In this document: positions 25,361 to 39,018 of the stretch, piece by piece
Layout: each line of letters opens with the position of its first letter
How positions within the stretch are numbered: position 1 is the first letter of the stretch
From: Octopus sinensis
Lineage: Eukaryota
Assembly (NCBI RefSeq): GCF_006345805.1
Contig: NC_043013.1
Coordinates: forward strand, 22,258,001 to 22,322,000
DNA: 64,000 nt
Reading direction: 5' to 3'
Position numbers and translations under genes: made by a program
The notes under the pieces: model-generated
Seen by the model: the letters and a program-made list of their open reading frames with translations, nothing else
Told to the model about the DNA's origin: nothing
Database searches by the model: none

Positions 25361-25879
25361 GACAAATAGGAAATCCACAGATCAAGGTGGAGAAGGTATT
25401 TAATTCTGAAATATAGAATCCCAACCAAATCTTCACACAAGGTGTAGTTGTAAGCAATTCCAAATGTGGCTACACACCAGTTAAAATGCTTAGTGGTATT
25501 TTATCTACCTTTACGTTCTGAGTTCAAATTCTACCTTTGCCTTTCATCCTTTCTCAGTCAATGAAATAAGGACTAATCAAGCACTGGGTCGTGTAAAGGA
25601 TTATCACTTAAGACAAGAGTGATTTCATCACAGGAACCTAGCTTGCTGGGCTCAGACAAGCTTGTAACGAACCTGCGCAACTTAAGGCCGAAACAAAATC
25701 TTTTCAGTAATAATATACGTAACTCCTGAAAGCGTTGAGTGCCACTTTCTTTCGACTGTACTCTCACTCATGTATGTACACACACACCTATGCACGTTCG
25801 TGCACGCACGCACACACACACACACACACACACACATTCGTACAGGAGTACATATATGTGTCTATATATGCGTGTGTTA

Positions 25880-26277
25880 AGGCGGCGAGCTGGCAGAAAC
25901 GTTAGCACGCTGGGCGAAATGCTTGGCGGTATCTCGTCTGCGGTTACGTTCTGAGTTCAAATTCCGCCGAGGTCGACTTTGCCTTTCGTCCTTTCGGGGT
26001 CGATTAAATAATTACCAGTTACGCACTGGAGTCGATATAATCGACTTAATCCGCTTGTCTGTCCTTGTTTGTCCCCTATGTGTTTAGCTCCTTGTGTGTA
26101 GTAAAGAAATAGGTATTTTGGCTGTTTTATGTTCTGAGTTCAAATTCCGCCGAGGTCAACTTTGCCTTTCGTCCTTTCAGGGTCGATTAAATAAGTACCA
26201 GTTGCGTACTGAGATCGATCTAATCGACTGACCCCCCGCCCCAAAAATTTCGGGCCTTGTGCCTAGAGTAGAAAAGT
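25880..26277 (+). mobile_element. Dimeric Meta-domain-type SINE
   Basis: Two consecutive ttctgagttcaaattccgccgaggtc…ggggtcgattaaata..taccag modules. A similar dimer occurs at 53463..53850. Confidence 0.8.
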
Positions 26278-27119
26278 ATATATGCGTGAGTTGTATATAC
26301 ACTCATATACAAATATGTTAACACAAATACACATACATACACATATATACATATACATGGTGACCCAAAAGTAGGTTTACATTTATCATGTAGGCACTTT
26401 AAATTTCTTTTAAAACATTTTATTACATTTAAATTTCTCTCTTACTATTAACTAAATTAGCACAGAATAAGGGTTTCATATTATTTTATAATTAAGATCT
26501 AAACTGTTAATATATGAATGCGAAAGAGACAGTTGAATAACGAGCCACCCTGTATACCTACCACACACACACACACACACACACACATCTATAGACGTAC
26601 ACACGGCGAAATGTGAGTGACAGAAATACTATATGAGGTGTGGTGTGCAATATACATTCTCATTGTCATCATATCAGCACAATAACATAGCCACTCTCAC
26701 AACCACCAACAAAAATAAACAACCCACCCCCTTTAGATTGCTGCATTAATTATCCTGAAACACCCCCTTCCCACCCCACCCTGCCACGCATCCAGTTTAC
26801 AAGGTTTCCGACAAGAAAATGTCAAAATGTCAAACTCTCTCTTTAACACTTCCATCTTTTCCAGATTTGTTGGATTTTACAAACGAACGAGAAACTTCTG
26901 TCTTCCAGGTTTGACTAAACAGAATCAGTGGAACTCTCTTTTTTGTGTGGAAGGAAGACATTATCAGGAGAGAAGTGAGGTGAAAGGGGTGGGGTGGGGT
27001 GGATAGGTTTTGGTGGTGGTGGCGGGGGTGGGGAGATGGATGGACGGATGAATGGCAAAGTAAATAATGGAGAAAAATCTATAAACAGAAACGGGGGAGG
27101 GAGAAGAAAGGAAGTGGGG

Positions 27120-27620
27120 ATGATGGTGGTGGTGGTGATGATGGTGGTGGTGATGATGGTGGTGGTGGTGATGATGGTGGTGGTGGTGATGGTGGTGGTG
27201 GTGTGATGATGGTGGTGGTGATGATGGTGGTGGTGGTGATGATGGTGGTGGTGGTGATGATGGTGGTGGTGGTGGTGATGATGGTGGTGGTGATGATGGT
27301 GGTGGTGGTGGTGATGATGGTGGTGGTGATGATGGTGGTGGTGGTGGATGGTGGTGGTGATGGTGGTGTGGTGATGATGGTGGTGGTGGTGATGATGATG
27401 GTGGTGGTGGTGGTGGTGATGATGGTGGTGGTGGTGATGATGGTGGTGGTGGTGGTGGTGATGATGGTGGTGGTGATGATGGTGGTGGTGATGATGGTGG
27501 TGGTGATGGTGGTGGTGATGATGGTGGTGGTGGTGATGATGGTGGTGGTGATGGTGGTGGTGATGATGGTGGTGGTGGTGATGATGGTGGTGGTGGTGGT
27601 GATGATGGTGGTGGTGGCGG
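27120..27620. repeat. (GGT)n/(GAT)n compound microsatellite
   Basis: Seen directly; explains the poly-H/P/T/V ORFs. Confidence 0.95.
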
Positions 27621-27989
27621 CGAGATAACAATGAATAACAAATGAAGGTCGGGAGGAGGGACGGAAGGTTTTTTTGTAAATAAGAAATTTTGAGATAAGT
27701 TCCCTTGTTGTTGTTGTTGTAAGAGTTGTCATTTTCCTGATTAAATTTTATATTTTTTATATTTTTATATTTTTTTATACTGTACAAACTGATAAATAAA
27801 TAAATAAATCTGGAATGAAACTGATAATAGACATTACATCGACATCGACCAGAGCGCCACCACCACCACCACCACCACAGCAACAACAACAAAAACGAAA
27901 ACAACGACCACAGAAGCAGCAACAGCAGTAGGCGCAGTAGCAGCAGCAGCAGCAGCAATAGTCGTAATGTCTTTCACGAGTCGGTAGTA

Positions 27990-28773
27990 ATTTTCAATGG
28001 AACAGACGACAGGAGGGAAATGAGATGCAGCAGAGATTGTCATCTTCTGGCTGCAACTGATGGGCAACGCAAGTGAATGTTAGCCTCATACGGAGACGGG
28101 AAGCAGTAGGAGGGTAAAACAAGGAGAGGATGGGTGGGAGGAGGGAAGAAACAGTAAAAGAGGAAGAAGATAGGTAGGCAAAGAGAGGTGGCGGGAAAAC
28201 TGAGGTGAAGTGGGGAAGTGACGGATAAGAATGGGATTCGGATGCTGCTAAGAGGAGAAGTAGGAGTAGAAGGGACACTGTTCCCTAAAAATCCGTAGGT
28301 TACTCGGTTCCAAGTTTGGATAGGAAATGTTATTCTTTTCGTTTCCTTGAGGATGTCGATCCGAAGTGTGTGGAGATGAAACACACTAATAAGTGAATAA
28401 TGGAATAGTCCGCAATGTTGAAGTGGGCACGGATGGACTGACCTGATATACATCGTAGTGTGCTGCGAATGCGCTCGCAGAAACCGATCGGCAAAGCGAC
28501 GGCTTCTTTCACCAACATGAATTTCGCTACAAAGTGTGCAGGCGATGCATTGTATAAGGTTGGAAGATGTGCAACATGAGTTACGTGTAATGCTGCACCT
28601 AGGCTCCGTGATAGTCGCAAAGCTGGCAATGTGAGGGCAGGTGTTGCATCATCGGTTAGCGTACTTGAATGCGCCTGACTGTCGACGCCAGCCCGGAAGT
28701 TGCCGAGACTCCTAACATTTTTTGAAGATGGAGTGAGATGGCGCATCAGATTGCACTTTCTCTCATCTTCCAC
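27990..28773 (-). pseudogene. Decayed non-repetitive ORF, probably retroelement-derived (possibly Penelope N-terminal region)
   Basis: One reading frame is open over ~260 codons apart from a few stops (…ERIRSTLR…KRKE*HFLSKL…). It lies in an otherwise low-complexity area. The family is not recognised with certainty. Confidence 0.35.
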
Positions 28774-28963
28774 CCATTCAGTTTAACACAAATTCATCCG
28801 CAATTTCCAAAACATACTTTCTAACCCCACAACTTCGAAATTTCGACCAGTTAAGCTATCGTCATCGAACTTCCCGATGATGGTTTAATTGACTGAAACT
28901 TCGAAGTCACTACCAATAATATTCTTGTTTAAGAATTTTGCGCGCACACACACACACACACAC

Positions 28964-29019
<56 letters not shown>

Positions 29020-29029
29020 TGGTTGTCTA

Positions 29030-30330
29030 CTCCTTATGCAGAGTCTGACCGCCTCTTGTACCTACACCTTAGGTCCATCATGACGTCTGATGTGGTTTTT
29101 AAACCAGGCAATGCATTGAAAAGACACCCACATAGATTGCACCTCTGATTTGTGTCACCAAGAGCTACAGTTAAGTTCTGATCTTTGTGGATCTTGAAAT
29201 GTCTTTTGGCACCTCTGTTAGATGTGCAAACCTTTTGGGATACACGGCATTGAAAGGTGTACACAGATATATAGGTAGAATCGTTGGTGGAAATTCGTTC
29301 TTCATGGGTCCGCAAATGAGATTTGAGCCCAGCAAAAGAAAGGCAGGGTCTCTCACAAACTCTGCACACAGAAAAGATCACTGAGATTCACCTTTTCGAT
29401 CGTTACATGCTTCTTTAAATCTCTCTTGAGTCTTGCATTTGTTATCCTAGCCTTCTCAAAGGTTTTCACTCCACTCCACACTTTTGTTCGCCATCTAGCT
29501 CGATCCGCAGCAAGGGTTTCTGCGGCCTTTAGATCCATTCCAAGTAACTTCATGGTAGTCTTTATGTCGTCCTTAAACCTCTTTTTAGGTCTACACCGAT
29601 TGTGTTTCACCTCTGCAAGCTCGCCATAAAACAACTGCTTGGGTGTGCGTTCATCCACCATTCGAACAAGTGACCATCTCCCTTGGTTTTTCAGAATCAT
29701 TGATTTAATTGAAGTGATGCTAACAGACGCAAAGACATCTGTGTCAGGATGAAAAAAAAAGGCCCCATTCAATGTTTAAAATGCGGCGAACGTATTCTTG
29801 CTGGAATCGTGCTAACAATTTGAAATATCTTTCATAACACGTCCATGTTTCAAAAGAATACAACGGGGATGGTAAGACAAAGGATTTGTAAAGAGTCAAT
29901 TTTGTGTTGTTATTTATTAGTCGTTGGCGCCAAACTCGTGACTCCAAATCATCAAATGCTTGTGTTGCCTTTTGAATTCGTAAAAGTATTTCTGTATCCA
30001 GATTTCCTTAATTTTGTACAGAGCTTCCAAGGTAGATGAAAGAGTCAACAACCTCAAGTAACTTAACCGTAACGAAAATTTTAGGCGGGTTGCAAACAGT
30101 ACCACATACAGGCTGATGCATTACAACTCAAGCCAAAATCATCACAAGCTGAGTCAAATACAAATGCAAGGGATTGCAGACCTGTTTCAGAATCACTGGC
30201 AACATCGCAATCGTCAGCGTATAAGAGTTCCCTTACGAGTGAAGTGAAAACCTTTGCCTTGAATTTCAGTCTGGTCAGATTAAAATATTTCTTGTTCGAT
30301 ACGTTATGCAAACACCCTCTTCGGAGTTTT
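29030..30330 (-). mobile_element. Decayed RTE/BovB-like LINE ORF2 with C-terminal C2H2 fingers
   Basis: RELLYADDC (RT), TKLTLYKSFVLPSPLYSFETWT, RTPKQLFYGEL…PKKRFKD, then three C-x2-C-x12-H-x3-H units. Frameshifts and an internal deletion are present. Confidence 0.88.
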
Positions 30331-30366
30331 GAAAAGATGTGTAACAGAACAACAGCAAAGTATAGT

Positions 30367-30408
<42 letters not shown>

Positions 30409-30425
30409 CACACACACACACACAC

Positions 30426-30498
<73 letters not shown>

Positions 30499-31758
30499 TT
30501 GCAATACGATTCTAGCAACTATAATTAACACTCACGCACACACACAAACGTAAACACGTACATGCACACAATTACACACACCACCCTGACAATTACAAAT
30601 CACATTCACACAAACACACCCACACATACAGATACACACACAAACATGCAAATACAACACAACCCACAGAACACACACACAGACGCACACATACACACAC
30701 GCGAACAAACATGCGCACACACAGCACACACAGCACCCTGACAAATACTAAACACACACATACACACACACAAACGTGCACACATATACAAACACCATCC
30801 TACCAAATATAAAACACACACACAGACCCATATACACACACTCACACCATTCTGACCTCTCAGACCAATCCCAAAAACTACTAAGCCATGACAGACTAAC
30901 CCAGAAACAAAAAAATCCTTTTGATTCCACATTGCTCTTCACCCACCCCCACTCCGCCAACCAACCTCCCACACTGTCCCTTAAAACAGTAAACATTCAT
31001 TAGCTACACACAAGACAAAAAATGTCAGAAAAATAGATCCGCTCCTCTCCAATTTTTTGTAAATTCTCAAATATATCTCCTTCTGTGTGTGTATATATAT
31101 ATACTGCTAAACATGATTTTTATTGAACTCCCAATACTTTTTTGAATACTTTCTTAAATACTTTCTTGTAAACTGTTTTTAACATTTTCTTATTATCAAA
31201 GAATGTATAACTGTATTTTAATACTTTTGTGACAACCAGTACTTAATACAACAAAGCTTATACAAAGCTTTACATTTTACTTTTGACAATCTTTTTCTAA
31301 AAATGTGAAACCGGTCAAGTCAATAAACATCTTTAAAATTGCATTTTCAAACCTTCTTTCATATATATATATATAATATAAATATATATATATAATGGAA
31401 AGAAGTTATTCTTTCTTACGGATATATTATCCAAGCGTACACCACTTTAGCACTATATCGATTAACGATGCTGGAAATTTCTACATGTGTATATGTACTA
31501 GTGTTTGTCGTTGGTTCTTCTTCAATATTAGCACCTTACTCTTCTGAAATTTCAGTGCGTTATAGAGGTTTCTATCGTTTTCGATATAGGAGAAAAATTT
31601 TAAATAATAGGAGCAATCAACTGAAACGCAGCGTAGGAAATATGGATGAACTCATTAATTCGACTGGACAATAAATCAATTGATTATTCAATGCATGTAT
31701 TCTCCGTTTTCTTTGTGCGTGTGTGTATAATTCTTAAACAAGAATATTATTGATACTG

Positions 31759-31789
<31 letters not shown>

Positions 31790-32899
31790 TGTATGTATGT
31801 ATGTATGTATGCATGTATGTATGTATGTGTATGTGTGCGTGCGTGCGTGCGTACATGCCACATTTGAATTTATTCAAGAGGAAAAGGTACTCAATTGCAT
31901 AAATATGCCTGTTATATATACGCATGAGTGAGTGTGTTCATGCAGAATCTTAAGGGACTGTCGGTCCTGGAGGTTGTCGGTGCTAAGGCGACACTAGACA
32001 GAACTTGCGAGTTGGCAAATAAAATTACTCTTTCCTCTTTGCCAAAATCTAACCTGGAACCCAAGAAACACATCTCTCAGCCATATCTGGCAGAGTCAGG
32101 GAAAGCAATCCATTTAAAAACAATTGCTAAAATGAAATTGCTAGGAAGCCTCTCCTCCTGTTATTACCACCTTCATCCGCTTGTAAGGGCCGGAAGTAGG
32201 CGGACACCCCGGAAAGCAAGCAGACTTTAAAAATTAAAACGAGAAAGAATCACCGAAAAACTAAATACAAAAGAATAACTGTAAAAAAAACAAAAAACAC
32301 GAGGAACGTTCGAGTCGCTGTGAAGAGAAGATTCTCTTGCTGGGGAAAGAACTAATATCTTATGAAGGACAGGCCTTATCTTGTTCTGAATCTTTGGTGA
32401 ACAATTTGACATTCAGAACCCTTCGCAAACTAACAAACCTCTAATAAGGCATTTATGTGATCTACACAAGGGATTTTCATATAAAATACGGACTGGGAAG
32501 GAAATAGAATCACATTTCCAGCACCAATGAAAGGATGGACGAGGAATCCAAATTTCAAATATTACGGATCCAGAGGTCATTGCTCCTCCCTGGCACATTA
32601 TACGCCAGGAGCTTTTTCTGGACGACTTTGAAATCTTCAGCTCTGAATAATAATGGGCAGGAAGAATGGATACTTAATTAGGAACGCAAGTGGGCGTTGA
32701 ATTTTTATAGAAATATCATGTTTTAATTATTGTGCTTTATAGAAGCATTTCAAAATTTATTCCGTAAAAATATTTGAGTATTGTTTGTCTTTTTTCTATA
32801 AATTATGAATTTCTCTCCTTATACTTTGTATGTCGTACTTCACCCTTTCCCCAACTTTGTATAAATTATGCATCCCCCACTCCTTACTTCTTTGTACCA

Positions 32900-34040
32900 G
32901 TCATGTATTGAGGTCGATGTAATCGACTCCCCCGTCCCCCGAAATTGCTGGCCTTGTGCCAAAATTTGAAGCCAATATTATACGTGCGGTGTAAGGCGGT
33001 GAACTGGCAGAACTGTTAGCACACCGAGAAAAATGCTTAGCGGTATTTTGTGCGTCCTTACGTTCAGCGTTCAAATTCCATTGAGGTCGACTTTGCCTTT
33101 CATCGTGTCTGGATCGATAAAATAACTATCAATTGAACAGTGGGTCGATGTAATCGATTTCTTCTCTCCCCTAAAATATTAGGCTTCGTGCCTTCAGTAG
33201 AAAGGATCGTTATGATTAGCAGAACCACCAGAGCGTCGGTCACAATGCCTTGTGCTCTTCTGACTCTTTACGTTCTGGGATCAAATCCTGCCGAAGTCAA
33301 CTTTGTCTGTCATCTTTGTGAGGTTAATAAAATAAAGCACCAATCAAGCAATGGAGTTGATGTAATCGACAGCTCCTTTCCAGACAAATGTCTGGCCTTG
33401 TGCTATATTAGAAATAATCATTACCGAGTTCAAATCCTGCCGACATTAACGTTTTCTTTTTATCTTTCCGAGATCGATAAAGAAGGTACGACGAAGTAAT
33501 GAGATCGATATAATTGATCGTTTCTCTCCTGTAAGACTTCTGGCCTTGTGCCACTGTAAGAAATGATTATTACAACAATAACAAAAGCCAACACACAGAA
33601 AAAAGTGAAAGGAAGAAAATTTCAAACAAACAAACATAAAAAAAACAAATCTCATTCCCCCCATCCTCCATCACCACTGGCTTCGATCAACCAGTGAATT
33701 GCTTAGCAACTATCATCTGAATCAATACGTAAATATTTCTGAACTAGTTAATAACCGCTGAGATGCTTTGTTTCACTGCAAAGCCAAAACACAGACAGAA
33801 GGAAGGAACCAGCAATATAAACAGGCTGGAGAGATCGGCGAGCTGGCAGCATCGTAAGAATGCCGAGCAAAATGCTTAGCGGAATTTTGTTCTTCAGAGT
33901 TCAAATTCCGCCGAGGTCGACTTTGTCTTTTTTCCTTTCAGGGTCGATAAAATAAGTACCAGTTGAGTTCTGGGGTTGATGCAAGTAACTTAACTCCTCT
34001 TCCGAAATTGCTAACCTTGTTTCAAACTTTGGAACCAATC
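32900..34040 (+). mobile_element. Array of old Meta-domain-type SINE fragments
   Basis: Repeated gaggtcgactttgcc / gtcgatgtaatcgac / ggccttgtgcc modules. Confidence 0.7.
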
Positions 34041-34589
34041 TAAATACGTTGGCTAATCAAGTTAGATATTAGGGGTGCTATTTGAGTAAATATTGCTAAA
34101 CGGGACTTGAATTTAAAGGTAATCCTTGATCTGATTGTCTTTTTCCTTAATGGTACGTCAACTCTGGGGAGTTCTTGGGGTTATCTAATCTTCTCACATG
34201 GAACTGGTCTTAATTGCCATTTGGTAATTTCCTCTAGAGGCGGAAATAATTTTAATAAATCAGGAATTTATGTTGTATGGTATATGATATACCTGTATTT
34301 GTCTGTGTTCACATACACGCCACAGGCCATTCTCAGTTATTTCTATAAAGTTTGTTTTTGTTTAAATAATGCGGATTCCCTCTGCCATCAATGAGTTCTA
34401 CTCTTTTTATATAAGTCCGAGTCTCTTTGTTGCTGGCAATAAGGTTGGACAATTGCCTTGCTGATGACATCTATTCAGGCAGGAACAGCGTTTACAGTTG
34501 TCCTCTTATTTCCAGACAATAGGTAGAACACATGTAAACATGTGTATATAATTTTGCAGAGCGAAATTTATAATTCTTTCTGCTTTGGC

Positions 34590-34780
34590 AAAAGGCCTGA
34601 AATTGTAGGGGAACGGTTAAATCGATTACATTGACCCCACTGATCGATTGGTACTTAATTTATCGATCCCGAAAAGATAAAAAGGTAAAGTCGATCTCAG
34701 TGGAATTTGAACTCAGAAAGTAAAATCGGACGAAATGTCGCTAAGCATTTTGTCCGGCGTGCCAACGGTTCTGCCTGCTC
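34590..34780 (-). mobile_element. Meta-domain-type SINE
   Basis: Reverse complement of the same SINE consensus. A similar copy lies at 60330..60530. Confidence 0.7.
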
Positions 34781-34889
34781 ACCCACTTCATACTGAAATT
34801 GATAATTCTACATGAAGAAGCTTACGATACGGCTGTAATCACATGGAAGTCACATGGAAAAAATGAACTCTCATATCCAATGACTTTCT

Positions 34890-35007
<118 letters not shown>

Positions 35008-35050
35008 ATATGTATATATATATATGTATATATATGTATATATATATATG

Positions 35051-35082
<32 letters not shown>

Positions 35083-35717
35083 TATAATATATATATATAT
35101 AATATTATATATATATATATTATAATATATATATATATATATAGGATATACAAACATAGTCACATACACACACATACCAGTGTGTGTGTGCATGTGTACG
35201 TGCAGGCGTTCGCACAGACACATACATGTATGTACATACTCACTGTGATCCCTTTATACGCGAAAGCATGGTTATGCTTACACAAACCCTGACAGATGAA
35301 CTCCATAGGCCACACCTACATAAGTTTGCTCTCCGACACCGACTTCGCTTCCTTACGACTTTCAGAAAAATGGATAGCTTTTTATGAAATTTCCTACAAA
35401 TATCTTTCTGAAGGCATAGATTACGATAATATCGGAATTTAATGCGGAAATAAATTTATTGGGCATTTACACATACATACCGACATACATCACATGCTTA
35501 AAAAAAAATTTTTGTTTTAATTTCAAGCTTGGTTTTGTAGATATATAATAGATGTGTGACAGTACGAACGTATTTGCCCACCATTTTCCATATTAATTCC
35601 AATATAATTGTAATCTACTTTCTTAGAAACGTATTTGCGAAAATTTCCATCAAAAGATATCCATTGTTTTGAAAGTTATGAGAAAATAAATTCGGATGTG
35701 GATATGTCCCACAGGGA

Positions 35718-36080
35718 AGAATTCCAACCACGTTTCGTGGTTTGCTACCTTAACAGCTCCTTTATAGGATCCAGTGGCTAAAGACATCATCAAGAGGAAC
35801 CATGTCTGGTTTCGGCCCCTACTCCTCTACCGTTTTCAACTTGGCGCCCCCTCCCCTTTCGGAGGTGTCTTCAGCTCTGGTATTGAGTGCGTTTCTTCTT
35901 TCTCCTTGTTTCTTTTGTTCTTTGGTTTCTTCGATGCAGCGTCAACGAATGTCAGCAGGCGACTGACCATCCGGCCAAATTTCCCTTTAAATACTCGCTA
36001 GTAGGCTCCAATAGGCAGTACCAGCTAACTGTCACGTGACACTGTCTAAGCTTCAACTGACCAATGGAGGGGGAGGACGC
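35718..36080. repeat. Unclassified interspersed repeat, copy 2
   Basis: Reverse complement of 273..621 with scattered substitutions and a 6-nt indel. Confidence 0.75.
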
Positions 36081-36241
36081 GTAGTTTACCCCTCACCCTC
36101 TCTAAACCTGCCTTCCAACAGTGTCGTGTAAGTGGTTCTCTCAACCATCTGTTACCATCTTTTTTTATTCCTTTTTCACTCAGGTGGACCCTGAGAGCCA
36201 TTTGATGTTTAAAAACATTCCGTCATACTTTTACAACTAAA

Positions 36242-36626
36242 CTAGCAGTATTGCCCGGCGTTGCTCAGGTTTGTAAGGGAAATAACTATAAAGCATTTTT
36301 AGAGAGTTATAGCCAAAAAATACAAAAAAAATGGGGAAAAAATTATGGTAAATTTTTTTTTGAGAGCTAAAAAGGTCGAGTTGCGTCCCCTAGACAGTCT
36401 GTGGTTTGTGTTTCTGATTCTCGACCCCATGTCGAATTTATCGATTTTTTTCAGAACTGGGGGAACTTTTCAAAATTTTCGCTGCGTTAGTTTTGAATTA
36501 TGACATTGGGCTATGTGTGTGTCAAGTTTCATCAGAATCGGTTGAAAGCCGTGGTCAGGGTGAGGGTACAACCTGACAGACACACAGACACGCAGACAGA
36601 CAAACTGCCGTTTATATAGAGAGAGA
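36242..36626 (-). mobile_element. Non-autonomous Helitron (different 5' and internal region, same 3' end)
   Basis: The minus strand starts a|TCTCTCTCTATATAAAC and ends cctgagcaacgccgggcaatactgCTAG|t. Confidence 0.85.
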
Positions 36627-37206
36627 TATTACGAGGGTTTGTATAAAAACATTGTTAAAATATTTTGTGAAATAGAACCAATTTATGGCAATTTTTAAGT
36701 ACGAAATCTTATATAAAGACCCACTGATCCATGTGGTCGTTCGGTATGTTAGAAAGAACAGCCAGATTCTCTTAAACCACCGTTTCTTACCGTTTCAAAG
36801 AATAAATAATGTGAAGGACTCATTGGACAATTCAGTGCTAGATATCGACAAAGCTGGAATGCTTTGATCACGGATCCGTTCGAAGGGAGTTGAGATGGAG
36901 ACAAACAATAACATTGTATTTATTGAAGAGAAAACTGATCAGTAAATACAGTGGAGATGTTATTGATCTTCGGAATTGAAAGCGCTTAATAGTGAGACTG
37001 ATTTCTGTCTTTTGATTACAGTTAGAGCTTCTCCCATTGTTCGAGCAAGTGCAGATCCCAGCTCCATATTTTTTTACACACGCAAACACACTGCACGTCC
37101 ATACACGTTTTATGAGAAACGAAACGGTTCCGGTTGAACGCTCGGTCGTTCTGTTCTCAATGGATAATGGTTTGTTTTCACTTTCTTTGACATACGAGGC
37201 GATCAG

Positions 37207-37250
<44 letters not shown>

Positions 37251-37319
37251 AGATGGGTAGTGAAGTGGTGGTGGTGGTGGTGATGATAAAATCCACGTAG
37301 TTGTCAATCATGTTCTGCT

Positions 37320-37508
37320 TTACATTATTTACATTATTTACATTATGTACATTATTTACATTATTTACAAATTGACGGATATTTGTCCTCATCCTGTTGT
37401 TAACACAACGTCTTGGCTGATATACCCTCCAGCCTTCTTTAGGTGTCTTGGGGAAATTTCGAACCTGCGTTCTCGTTACTAAGGTATTTTTCGATGTTGT
37501 TGTTGTTG

Positions 37509-37568
<60 letters not shown>

Positions 37569-38168
37569 TATTATTGAGTGAGCGAGCAGAGCATGCCATC
37601 AAAGTGACACTGGGGTAAAATATACGAAGCCCAGTATACCCATCATGACTACCCGTCTGATAAGGGTACACCAGGCACATGCATCACAACCATATGTGCG
37701 CGACATGGTGATCTCATATCAAGATAAACAGCACATGACCTTGCAGGTGGAGCCCAGTTAGAATTTTCTTCAGATCGAGTAACCCATCCCGCTCAAAAGG
37801 TCCCTGAATAAGGTTTGTTTAAGGACGTTGAACGAAACACCCATGTTTCCAGAGGTGAATTATTCAAACCCCAAAGAATCCTTCTCAACACATGGCTATG
37901 ATGCTCCCCCACTACTTCTGCTCGTGATCAGAGATGCACATATCGTCAGCCACTAAGGGACATGCTCAACTGGTTAAGGTCAAACAACTGACAAGCAAAT
38001 CTGTGGTATTGAGCAGAATATTTGCTGTAGCCCATCTTTTATACCAAGACAAAACAATGTACATACCAAGACAAAACAATGTATATAACAAGACAAAACA
38101 ATGTATATACCAAGACAAAACAATGTATATACCAAGACAAAACAATGTATATACCAAGACAAAACAAT

Positions 38169-38207
<39 letters not shown>

Positions 38208-38859
38208 TATATTATTATATTATTATTATTATTATTATTATTATATTATTATTATTATTATTATTATTGAGTGAGCGAGCAGAGCATGCCATCAAAGTGA
38301 CACTGGGGTAAAATATACGAAGCCCAGTATACCCATCATGACTACCCGTCTGATAAGGGTACACCAGGCACATGCATCACAACCATATGTGCGCGACATG
38401 GTGATCTCATATCAAGATAAACAGCACATGACCTTGCAGGTGGAGCCCAGTTAGAATTTTCTTCAGATCGAGTAACCCATCCCGCTCAAAAGGTCCCTGA
38501 ATAAGGTTTGTTTAAGGACGTTGAACGAAACACCCATGTTTCCAGAGGTGAATTATTCAAACCCCAAAGAATCCTTCTCAACACATGGCTATGATGCTCC
38601 CCCACTACTTCTGCTCGTGATCAGAGATGCACATATCGTCAGCCACTAAGGGACATGCTCAACTGGTTAAGGTCAACAACTGACAAGCAAATCTGTGGTA
38701 TTGAGCAGAATATTTGCTGTAGCCCATCTTTTATACCAAGACAAAACAATGTACATACCAAGACAAAACAATGTATATAACAAGACAAAACAATGTATAT
38801 ACCAGACAAAACAATGTATATACCAAGACAAAACAATGTATATACCAAGACAAAACAAT

Positions 38860-38940
<81 letters not shown>

Positions 38941-39018
38941 CCAATGCCTGAAATCGAACTCGGAATCTTGGGGTTAGTAGCCCGCGCTCTTAACCACTAC
39001 ACCATATGCTCATCGGGC
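37320..39018 (-). mobile_element. tRNA-head + (TAA)n + hammerhead-tail SINE, split by a tandemly duplicated insertion
   Basis: Head at 39018..38936 (A box tggtgtagtgg, B box gagttcgatttc), then (TAA)n, the insert, (TAA)n, and the tail at 37497..37320. The tail has a mutated HHR core and a (TGTAAATAA)n end. Confidence 0.7.
37575..38935 (-). repeat. Near-identical tandem duplication (~690-bp unit) of a putative TAA-targeting LINE 3'UTR (Dong/R4-like)
   Basis: Units start gagtgagcgagcagagcatgcc at ~37575 and ~38269. Each has a 22-bp ataccaagacaaaacaatgtat array and (TTA)n at both ends. The Dong/R4 call rests only on TAA targeting; no ORF is present. Confidence 0.75.

Noticed and set aside
26915-27958. 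347-aa His/Pro/Thr-rich ORF and overlapping ORFs
   Set aside because: Translations of (GGT/GAT)n microsatellite; open in several frames on both strands with no splice or motif support.
38040-38170. Regular 22-bp repeats resembling a CRISPR array
   Set aside because: Head-to-tail with no unique spacers, and the context is eukaryotic.
38936-39018. tRNA gene (anticodon-like ACT)
   Set aside because: The acceptor stem does not close and it is joined to a repeat tail; treated as a SINE head.
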